DNA from: Ginglymostoma cirratum
Lineage: Eukaryota
Length of the DNA stretch: 64,000 nucleotides
Assembly (NCBI GenBank): GCA_024137785.1
Contig: JAHRHZ010000002.1
Location: 10,891,263 to 10,955,262 of the forward strand
Direction: 5' to 3'
Positions within the stretch are counted from its first letter, which is position 1. Each line of letters begins with the position of its first letter. Shown here piece after piece: positions 53,901 through 64,000 of the stretch. A program made the translations under genes and the position numbers. The notes under the pieces are model-generated. The model was not told the DNA's origin. It saw nothing but the letters and a program-made list of their open reading frames with translations, and ran no database searches.

Positions 53901-54618
53901 GTAATTCAAATTCTCCCAACCCAGGCAATATCCTGGTAAATCTATTCTCTACTCAATCCAGAGGCCGAGACCACTGGCATGCAGTTTACTGGTTTACCTT
54001 GTTGGATAGAGGATGTAACATAATGATTGAAGTCGAATGACAGTAGGTTTGTGATTCTGGAGCAAAACAGGCGGGCGTTCCATGTTCCATGTCAGAAGAT
54101 TTCCTGGCACCGGTGATTAAGATCAGAGGCAAGTCTCCTCGATTTTCTATTCTTTGTTCCGAATTGGCAGTAATAGCAAGTTCTCCTGATCTTTTGGATA
54201 GAGCTCTGGATGCAATTTCCTTACGCATACCTGTCAGGAAGATGAATTTCCATTCTCATGATCTGGGTGCTCTTTGATAAGTCATTATTTCAGATTGGTT
54301 CTTCATAAGAAGCAAATGCGTTGCAAACACTCGGAGATCTGAGGTCCCACAAGTGCACATTATTGCATGATTGTCATCATTGAGTTTCTTTAAACCAATA
54401 CTTCAGGAACTGTCAAAGACGAGTATATGAAAACCTCAAACCATTGGAAACAGCGACCAAGCTGAACAATATCCGCACCAGGAGGCGAAACAAAGAAGTT
54501 TTGAGTAATATTTTCCATTTGTCACATGCTGTCGTTGTCATCTTAACAGTTGTAATGCTCTCTCACCAGTACCGTGGACAATCTGCATTTAACACCATTC
54601 CATTCCACAGCTGCAAGA

Positions 54619-54661
54619 ATGGCTTCCGGTGCTGTGTTCTGCATTCTTAGTCTTAGCTTTG
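54619..54661 (+). CDS. Gene 2 leader exon MASGAVFCILSLSF(A)
   Basis: ccacag acceptor at 54610, ATG at 54619, donor G|GTAAGA in phase 1; 43 nt. Confidence 0.85.
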
Positions 54662-57600
54662 GTAAGAAGTCTAATTAATGCGCTTGTTCGTATTAACTGG
54701 AACGCCAGGCAAACGTTGACATGTGTGAGGCTTGTATTTGCTGTGGCAGGGAACATTTCATATTAGCAACTTATCACTGGGTATGCTTTTGCTTAGTTTG
54801 TTATGTTATTTCATTAAAGGTGGTCGGGTGAGTGACTGTCCAAGCGTTCATTGAATTACGGACGTGCATTCACTAAAGCTCGACTCTCGAGCATCCCCAA
54901 GCTGGGAATCATGGGAAATAACAAAAATAATTATTTTGCTTCTTTATTTCCCTTTCTGAAACAATAGTTCCCAATGGTCACAGCATGCATATAAGAAAAA
55001 GCACCTCAGCAAAGATGTTTATGTTTGCATCTATGGCACAGAATGGGGCTTCAAGTCAAGCCAAAAGACTTTCTGCTTTAAATATTGAACTAAACAGCAT
55101 GTCATGGGATATGTCAAAAAGAAAACACAGCAAGGTTTATCACAGATTATTCAAAATGCCATAAAATGTTTGCTAGGTTATTGGGATGTGAGGGTGGGGG
55201 GAACCACAATATCTTGATACATTTGTCAGCAAAACCATTTACAAGGGTATTAAACCAGGTGAGATATAATCTTTCTGATGAAGGGTCTAGGCCCGAAACG
55301 TCAAGTTTTCCTGCTCCTATGATGCTGCTTGGCCTGCTGTGTTCATCCAGCCCCACGCCTTGTTATCTCGGATTCTCCAGCATCTGCTGTACCTTTTATC
55401 TCTGAGATATAGTCTTGCTAGTTTTAAATCAGTTCTTTGCAATCGGGATTTAACACTACAACGTATCTTGAAAGTTGACATTTGGCTTAATTTCTGTCAA
55501 TTGCGTGAAGTTGACGTTGGGATCAAGAGCAGTGATTAATGTTTTAATATCGTTGTAACTGGTGTGCTTTGAAAAAATATATTACTGTAACATCAGTGAT
55601 ATCGCGTAGTGAAAAATGTGCTGTTGTTTTGGTTTTGCAATGGAAGGACAGCACAGTATACCACGTACTTATGAAATTCATAATTCAATGTTCAATAAAA
55701 CTGCATGACCTCAAAGCTCAATATCTCCGAAAGTGAATTAACTCAATGGAGAGATTATCCTCCATCATCTTCATCAAATTAATTTCATCTTATTTATAAA
55801 TCTATCACAAAATGATAAAGTCGTTGAATCAAATTTCCTTTCGTGGGAGAGCTAATCACTTCATTTTGGTGTGTGAATGGCTGCACAATCTCTGGACAAA
55901 TATACGCCACTGTTCCGCCGTTTGAATTCCAATAATTGATTGTAGCAAGAATATTACACGCAGACCCCTCAACGTTGCACAAGTGTCTGACTTCAGTGTG
56001 AAACGTTGTTTGTTCTTTTACAGCAGTGACTGCTGAGAACATCAAAGTTCTTCAAAGCCCGGTATTTGTTAATGTAACCGAGGGAGCGGCGGCCGCTATG
56101 CACTGCGCTTACGAAGGATCTGATGGACCGAGTGTCTTCAAGTGGCTCAGGAACAATACAGGCGGAGCCGAACTTTGTAACAGCACAGCACAATACAGAG
56201 GCCGGGTCATTGGGCCAAACAGGGAGAAAATCGAAGGAAGGACGGGCGCCTGGATTCAACTAACTAATGTGACACTGAGCGATGAGGCGACCTATTATTG
56301 CAAAGTGGAGTTTGTGTCAAGCAGTGAACATTGTGGGCAAGGAACAAGACTTATTGTGACAGGTGAGCCTGCAACACGCTGCTAACATGAACAATGAAGT
56401 AGCAAAACTATAGAATTGATTAATCTTTTAGTTCACACCTCCTGTCAGCTGTCAATCTTACACTAGTAAAGGTCGGACTGACACAACATCGCTAATTAAG
56501 GCATTAGAAAACCAGATATTACAAACACTGAGATACACTTCGTTTATTTATCCCACCATATTTCTTGAACGATGTTCAATATTCCGACGGCTAGAATAAT
56601 TATTTTGATTCTATCTTCGGCATAGAGAATCCAAGGAAAATAGCACAAACAGCTGTAGATTAGGAAGTTAGAAAGAGAGAGACGCGTTTGAAGTTACAAT
56701 CACCAGGGAAGCGGGCTGACACGTCCCCAGATCCTGATCGCACTCTCAAACCGTCTTAAAAGGAATGGCTACTTCGGCTGTAGATGAATTGGTGCTAACT
56801 TTCCAAAGTTCGCTGGGTTCTGGGAAGCTTTCTCGAGGACAGATTGTGACAAACCAATTCAAGAGATAGGGGAGCAGCAATCCCAAAGTTATAAGCCAGT
56901 GCACTGGTCACATGTCGCTAGTAATCGATCAGCAAGCTGAGTTTTAGTACAGAATTTAGGAAGTCTCAAATTCGTTGGGAAATGTCAGTGCGGTGTTTTG
57001 GAAAGGTAATCATGTTTAACATTTTACGCGAGTTCTATGGATGGACTGCACTGGGATTTCCAGAAGGCATTTTACAAGGTACCAAGTCCTTGCAGAAAAT
57101 ATAAGTCAGGAGTACAATGTTAGTACGGATAGGCATTGGCTTGCTATCTGGTAGAAAACGGAGAGAATGTCTGACTGATTCCGTTTTGTTTGGTAAGCTG
57201 TGACGACTGGCATCCTACAGATGTCTGTTTTGGGGCCTTTTTTTTTTGCAAATTGTATCAATAACATGAATGAGCCGACCAAAAGCAGGCGACTGTGTTG
57301 ACAGATTGCTCAGAAATCTGGTAGATGGAGTTCAATGAAGGAAAAACTGAATATAACATTCTTCACCTTAGCTAAATGGCAAACAAATGTAGGATTTACA
57401 AGTGGAATTAAATCTAGTGCAAGAATCACATGAGATCGCGATCAGTACAGAAAACAACGAAAACAGAAATTGTTGAAGAAACTCGGCAGGTCTGGCAGCA
57501 TCTGCGACAGAGAAACAGAGTTAATATTTCGAATCCATTTACCCTTCTTCAGAAATTATTTCAGTTGACTAAAGCAATGCCATCTCTTATGGTCTTATCT

Positions 57601-60600
57601 TGATTATCAAGGGGATCAAGTGCTACACGGAGAATGCAGGAGAATGGGTTTCACGAACTCCTCAGTCATTATTGAATGCCGGAGCAGACTCGTTGGGCCG
57701 AATGGCCTAATTTCTCCTCCTATGTCTTATGGATTTCTGGTCTTATGGTCTTTTAATGCAATAAGATCGATAATAAAAGTAGGTACGTTATGCATCCGAG
57801 ATAGTAGGAACTGCCAATGCTGAAGAATGGAGGTCCAGACTCGAAACGTCTGCTTTCCCGATGCTGCCTGGTCTGCTGCGTTCATCCAGCTCGACACGTT
57901 ATGCATCACTGATATTGGTGAGACCATATCTTCAATGCTGTGTAAACTCTCCTCCCAATTGCAATTCACAATATCTCAAAACGCCGCAAATACAACACAT
58001 ATCTAATATGCCAACGGCATGCGAGGGAATAGAACTGTAAGCCATCTGGCCTTTCGGTTTTATCTGAGGTCAGAGAATAAATCGACTTGAAACGATCTTA
58101 TTCGATTCTTCCATGATACCAATCCTGTCACCTTCATGATTTTAGCATTTGATTGCAAGTTGAATTGATCCAATACCCAAGCTGTCTGACCATTCTAGCC
58201 AAGCCCTTCCTTGAGGCGTGCGCTCTGCAGGAATAAATGGTCGCCGGTGTCTTTCTCAAACAGATTTCACTGCACGGAATGTGCGCCGATCAAATATTCA
58301 CTTGGCCAGTCCTTTGAAAATTGATAGCTTCACCATTCGGAGCCAAGACCGGCTCCTATGAAGTCCATGGAAGAAATGGAGAGTCATCATAGTTCGTTTG
58401 TTCCTGGCCAGTTCTATGTCAATTCACTGAACAACGAGAGCGTGACATCGGTATGAATCCAACCTCGTCCGAAATATTTCTGATCTGCATTAGCGGTTCT
58501 GGTTGATAGAAATCCAATCGTTTTAAGGACAGTGTTGAGAGTGAAAAGTTGGATAAAGGGAACACGTTTCTTGAAGCAGAATGGAATCTGATTAAATTAC
58601 CAATTTAACTCAACTTGCCAGGCGAGAAACAGAGGGGAGTCAGTGGTCTCATGGTAGTATCGCTGGACTTTAATTCACAGAGTCAGCTAACGTTCTGGGG
58701 ACCAGGTTTCAAATCCTGCAATGGCAGCTAGTGTAAGTTGAGTTCAATGTAGAATTAAGGGTCGAAGGTTTTGTTATCGACGATGACCATGAAACCATTG
58801 TTGATTGTTCGGAAAACCACTCTGATTCATTCATACCCTTTAGGGAAGGAAACTTCCATCTTTACCTGGTTTGGCCTGCATGTGACTCCAGACTCACAGC
58901 ACGTGCTGGACTCTTAACTGTCCTTCGGGCAATTAAGGATGCGCAATAAGTGCTGGTCGAGCCAGAGGCGCACAGCCTGTGAGTGAATGAAAAAAAATGC
59001 ATTGTTTTCGCCGGAATGCTGCCCAGTAATCCACCCGTAGGAATTACCAATGCAGTCAGTTTAGGGGAGTTCAACGCTAAAGGGTCTCGCTTTCAGCTGA
59101 GAGCAGAAAAAAGAGACCTGAGGGGCAACGTTTTCATACAGTTCGTATGTGGAATGTGCTGCCAGAGAAGGTGGTATATCCAGGTACAGTTACAAGATTT
59201 AAAAGATGTTTGAACAGGTACGCGAATAAGAAAGGTTTCGAGGGATATGGGTCAAACACAGGCAAGTCGATTTCGTTTGGTATGGGAAACTGGGTCGCTT
59301 GGACGAGTTGCATTAAAGGGCGTGTTTCTGTGCTCTCTGACTCTATGAAAGCAGGCTAGGATAACAATATCAATGACATTTGTTGCCTTCCGGCAGCGAG
59401 GAGCAGAAATCACGCATCGATCAGTTCCAAGGGTGGACGGACAGTCCTGGTTGTGACAACCACGGGATTTCTACTGACCGTATTCACAGTGATGATTGCT
59501 GTGATCTGCCGAAACAAAATGAAAGGTGCACATCGCTTCATTATATAATCTTAATCCTTCTGCACTGCTGGTCACATCGCTTACATTTTCATGTATCGGT
59601 GCTCGGATTATATGTTAAACTATATGGTTGGAATGCCCAGCTCTCCGAGTTTGGAAATTCCAAAATTACAGGTGACGAAAGAGGGTTTCCTCGGGTGGGT
59701 TTTATTTTAGTTTGAATTCTGAATGGCAAAGTTTAAAACCTGTAACGCCCTCAGTGTTTCAGAAAGGGAAGTGAAATGGGGGGAAAAGCAGAAACGTAGC
59801 AAATGTGAGTAGGAGTGGGCCACTCATCATCACGCTGCAGCGTTCAAAACGATCCTGGTTGATCCTCTGTCTCAGCATCACACTCACGCTTTTTGCCCAC
59901 AGAGTAAGTGAAGATTATTGTTCCCCTCATCTCAGTCTTTAAACTGAGACTGCGAAATCTTGTTCCAGGTACCACTGTTGTTTGATTTTTGAAAAAAAAA
60001 CCTGTTCTTTTTCTCACATTATTGGGGATCCATTTCGAATTCTCAACTCCAATTAACAACGAAAACTAGTTTTAAGTACTCGCCTTAATTCAGCTGCATG
60101 TTTCCGTCCCTGCTGACTTAATTGTACCTGTACCCTGCGTCTCACGGCAACTTCCTAGCTCAATGTTCAAATCACATCACTTCTCCTTCCCAACATGGCA
60201 AACGTTTTACGATTAATCTATTACTACAAGAATAAAACTGAAGCATGTATGGATAAAATCCATTGTTTTACAACACTAATTACGTTTTACTGAACTGAAT
60301 GCAAAAGTCGGCCAAAGGTTTCCTTTGCTTCCCCTGCCCGCCATGAAAAAATACAACTACCTCTGAATTATATCTGTATTGCAGTCGTATTTTATATTGT
60401 GTGATAACACAAGTATTTAATAGAACAGTTACAGTGAATTATAGACAAGATGAGTTAAAATCTCGAATTGAACGTAAGGGAATTATATGGTGGAGGCGAG
60501 TTTAGAAATGTTGAGCTGCGATTTCAAGCCATTTACATTTCTGATGTTTTGCTTTTTATTCCCGACACATTGTGCAGAGAAATTCCACAGAAGGCCATTG

Positions 60601-60618
60601 TGCAGAATTGAAGATCAG
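54619..60618 (+). CDS. NCR3: Gene 2 (spliced, 3' end unresolved): second NKp30/NCR3-like V-domain receptor
   Basis: Leader 54619-54661, V 56024-56362, TM 59397-59525 and cytoplasmic 60578-60618 all join in frame, with the same exon architecture as gene 1. The symbol means NCR3-like. Confidence 0.8.
55271..55305 (+). ncRNA. Minimal type I hammerhead ribozyme motif in a Penelope-derived terminus
   Basis: ctt-t-CTGATGA-agggtctaggccc-GAAA-CGTC-aag gives an intact core, a stem II hairpin, a GUC cleavage triplet and a short stem I. The element is flanked by TGAGATATA at 55260 and 55403. Confidence 0.55.
56024..56362 (+). CDS. Gene 2 V(J)-type Ig domain exon
   Basis: VTAENIKVLQSPVFVNVTEGAAAAMHC...FKWLRN...ELCNSTAQYRGRV...DEATYYCKVEFVSSSEHCGQGTRLIVT, with canonical C, W, YYC and GxGTxLxV. 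CAGCAG acceptor, gtgagc donor. Confidence 0.93.
58630..58990 (+). mobile_element. tRNA-derived SINE, second family
   Basis: gtggtctcatggtagtatcgctggact..ggtttcaaatcc head; tgtgactccagactcacagca core. Confidence 0.6.
59397..59525 (+). CDS. Gene 2 stalk/transmembrane exon
   Basis: (A)RSRNHASISSKGGRTVLVVTTTGFLLTVFTVMIAVICRNKMK, phase 1/1. Shares KGGxT and the terminal MK|G junction with the gene 1 TM exon. Confidence 0.85.
60578..60618 (+). CDS. Gene 2 cytoplasmic micro-exon (E)KFHRRPLCRIEDQ
   Basis: Polypyrimidine plus tgtgcag, donor CAG|GTATAT, phase 1->0. Confidence 0.65.
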
Positions 60619-60999
60619 GTATATAACATTCCGGAATAACTGAGCTTTGTTGTATCTCTACAGCACTGTGATACCTGTTGGCTTTGTTGATGTCTATAAC
60701 CTGCGAAACCAAAATGATTTTTCAAATATTGGCTCGAGTGTTCATAGATTTGTTAAGCAGGGAGCAGGCGTAAAACACTACAGTGAGTACATAATAACTA
60801 CAGTCACAGTCGGCGATTGAAATGCAACACAGTTCTGAACTGCATACTTCATTTTAACAACCTTTCAAATCATATTTCTCGTGAATCATTCATTGGAAGG
60901 TCTAGGCCAGTATGTATTGCTCACCCGTAGTTGCCCTTGAGGAGTTGGTGGTGAGCTGCATTCTGGAACGGCTGCAATTATCGGGGTGGAATCAAACCG

Positions 61000-62290
61000 T
61001 ACAGTACGGGGGAGCTGTTTGGACCCAACAAGACTGCGCTGACAGAAACTACTCTAAATCCACACAAGTCCCACTTTCCAGAACTTGGCTCATAAATGTT
61101 ATGAAATTTCAATTGCTTATCCAAATACTTTCTAAAGATTGTAAGGTTTCCTGCCTCAACTACCCTCCCAGGCATTTCATTCCAGATGTGTAAAACCCTC
61201 TGGGAGAAATTTTGGTTTCCTTAAATCACCTCCAAATACCTTTATTCTTAAAACTATAGCCCTTTATTGCTAACCCTTCAAATAAAGAGAACAGTTGCTT
61301 TCATTTTACCCTGTCTATGTGCCTGATAATTTTTTACACATCAGTATTGTCCTCTCTTAGCTTTCACGGCTGGAATGAAAACAACCCAAGCTTATCCAGC
61401 CTCATTCCTTGCAAACCACTCCACCTGAGGTAACATCTTAGTGCTTCGCCTTTGCATCCCCTCCAGTACAATGACAAACTTCCTTTGGTGATGCAGAACT
61501 GAAACGGGTATAACATATCCTAACTGTTTTCACAATCTATGCCTCGAGTGATAAAAACAAGGGTCCCCCATGCTTTTTCAACGACTAATATCCTGTCACC
61601 TTCAGAGTGCTGTGGACAAGCACCCTGAGATCTCTTTCTTCATCGGATCTTCTCAGTGTCCTACCATTCATTGCATACCCCTTGACATTTTATTTCTCTG
61701 AACTGCATCAGCTCACATTTATCAAGATTAAATTCCATCTGACATCAATCTACCCATATGACCGATCTTTTCATATCTTCCTGTAAACTAGGATGTTCTT
61801 CCTCACTGTCAACCACACAGTCAATCTTTGCGCCATCCAAAATTTTATTTATCAGACTTCCCCACCCTCGCACTCTTTCTTCTATGTGTAAATCATTTTT
61901 AAGTATCACAAGCAATAAAGGACTCAGACATGACCTCTTGGCACGTGACCGGACACAGGCCTCCAATCAAACAAGCAAATTTCCACCACCACCTTCTATC
62001 TCCTCGCATGAAGCCAACTTTGGATCCAACTTGCCAAGTTACCCTGGATCCTATGTGGCTGTACTTTTTTTGTTTTAAATCAGTCTTCCTTGTGGAACCT
62101 TTGCTGAAATCCATACAATCGAATCATCTATAAAAATCCTCATGTACACGCCTGGTTACTTCCTCGAAAATTGTTAGGCATGACTGCACTCTGATCAAGC
62201 CATGACGACTATCCCTAATCAAACCTTTCCCTTTCAAATGAAAATTAAATTTCTCCTTCAGAATTCTATTCAATAGATTTCTTACCACTT
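61000..62290 (-). mobile_element. Degenerate CR1 LINE fragment
   Basis: PGRVVEAGNLTIFRKYLD and an RT-like LSPLLLVILKND..DGAKI segment. Confidence 0.7.
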
Positions 62291-62519
62291 GTATGACAGT
62301 CAGGTGTGGGTGTTTGAGAGGCTGTTACGGAGTGAGTTCCCTGATTTTGACCCAACATCATATATAATTTATATTATTCCCTCACTTCGATTGGTTTCAT
62401 TCTGTGCCAATATTCAACTTTATCAAAGAGTGTCCATACCCTGAACACCTTCAATTAATAAAATAGTTTCCTTCCGAACCATGACTTTACCTGTGGGATA
62501 GCTCGTATAGTTCATTAAA

Positions 62520-62730
62520 AACCGAAAGAACTGAGGATATTGTAAATCAGAAACAAAAACAGAAGTTTTGGAAAATCTCAGCAGGTCTGGCAGCATCTGT
62601 GAAGAAAATATTCAAGTTAACATTTCGGGTACCGTTCTCAGGAAGGTCACTGAATCCGAAATGTTAACTCTGATTTTTTTCTTCACAGATGCTGCCAGAC
62701 CTGCTGAGCTTTTCCAGCAACTTCTGTTTT
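62520..62730. mobile_element. Palindromic Penelope-derived short element
   Basis: Inverted repeat cagcaggtctggcagcatctgtgaagaaaa ... ttttcttcacagatgctgccagacctgctg. Single arms at about 8510-8660, 9970-10050 and 57460-57555. Confidence 0.55.
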
Positions 62731-63231
62731 TCTCGCACATTTCGTCATCTTTTGAATAATTTCAATCTTGTTGCAAATCATTGTCTTTTTATCACATGAA
62801 ATAAGTCAGATGGCCTGGTGGCTCAGTGGTTAATACTGCTGCCTCAAAGAACACGTGTCTGCGTGGATTTACTCCCACAGTCGAAAGATGTGCAGCTTAG
62901 GGCGATTGGCTATGCTAAATTGTCCTTAGTTTCCAGAGATGTGCAGGCTAGGTAGATTAACATGGAAAATGCAGGGTTCTGGGGTGCATTGGGATGCTCT
63001 TCAAGAAGTCAGTGTGCGCTCATTGAGCCAAACGGCCTGCTTCGACGCTGCAGAGATTCGATGGATTAATTGCGCCTTTTGTTTTTATTTCGTTCGTTTG
63101 AAAAACAAGCAATTACTACATGTTCTACAAACAGGATTTAAAATCTAATATTTACCTCGACAGCTTTTTCTACTTCAAGCTATTTTATGGTCTTGAAACG
63201 ATATAATAATTTACACCTTTTTAAAATTTAG

Positions 63232-63265
63232 GAAACAACATACAATAACACTGTTTGCAGTAACA
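63232..63265 (+). CDS. Candidate gene 2 cytoplasmic micro-exon ETTYNNTVCSN
   Basis: tttag acceptor, phase 0 compatible with 60618, contains a Tyr. The donor is weak or ambiguous (gtaaca at 63260 or gtaatt at 63266). Confidence 0.35.
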
Positions 63266-64000
63266 GTAATTACAGTTTAGGAAAGGAAAATGTCATCCTT
63301 ACTTGGTCTGGCCAACATTTGACTCCAGACGCACAGCAATGGGGTTGACTCTCAACTGTCCTCTGGACAATTAGGGATTAGCAATAATGCCTAGCCAGCG
63401 ATGCCCTCATCCCGTGAATGAATAAGGAAAAAATGCTTCCTCGTACTCAGACAGTTAGCGCCCAGCTTCTGAATCTGAATCAAAGCAAATCCCTTCCTTG
63501 GTCTTGTTTTTATTGGCATCTCACAGCTAATAAAGTGTTCTGTTCTGCCGTCATTTATTATGTCTTGAAGCAACCCTTGTAACAGCTGCATGTGTTTAGA
63601 CGTAAAATGTTTTCAAAGACAAAACAAAATCTATTAGAAATCAGCTTGGGGTATTCAAATGAAACATTTCACTGTTCTTGTCATTTAATCACTCTATAAA
63701 CTTATTCTAAAAGGCTATCACCTACGACGATGTCCAGTCAATAAATTAATATATTTCTCATCTTCAAGATAATAATTGAGTTAGTTATTAGGTCGTTTTC
63801 ATGCTCTTCAACAATTCCTCAACTTTAGGGTGTCAATTCTTGATTGAAAACGCTGACTAAGAACAATTTGCAGTGGAAACAGAAAAGAAGATGAACCCAC
63901 TAAGTGACTATATCGACGGCATGCATATATACTTATGTATTCTTCGATTTATTTGTATCCACTTTGTTAACCATTTTTGTCCACTTGGTATATTTTGTAA

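Noticed and set aside
1-64000. Prokaryotic-type systems (CRISPR arrays, operons, rRNA/tRNA genes)
   Set aside because: The sequence is intron- and retroposon-rich vertebrate DNA. The tRNA-like segments are SINE heads, and no regularly spaced repeat-spacer array is present.

Overview
Vertebrate genomic DNA, almost certainly from a cartilaginous fish (shark): it is dense in HE1-type SINEs, HER1/CR1 LINE fragments, and Penelope, Tx1 and Rex1/Babar remnants. Most ORF-track entries are repeat fragments or chance ORFs; the real genes are spliced and were assembled by hand. The window holds two tandem + strand genes for single V(J)-type Ig-domain receptors resembling NKp30/NCR3. Gene 1 spans about 7.8-41.4 kb; gene 2 starts at 54.6 kb and runs towards the window end. 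Each has a 43-nt leader exon, a germline-joined V-J exon and a TM exon lacking the Arg of mammalian NKp30. Gene 1 instead has a long, acidic, Tyr-motif-bearing cytoplasmic tail built from a chain of 19-50 nt micro-exons. Between the genes (41.8-48.4 kb, minus strand) lies a decayed, partly tandem-duplicated, intron-containing EXOC3/Sec6-family (EXOC3L/TNFAIP2-like) pseudogene interrupted by CR1, Tx1 and Penelope insertions. Penelope-derived termini carry minimal hammerhead-ribozyme motifs. All protein comparisons are from memory of the family sequences; no searches were run.
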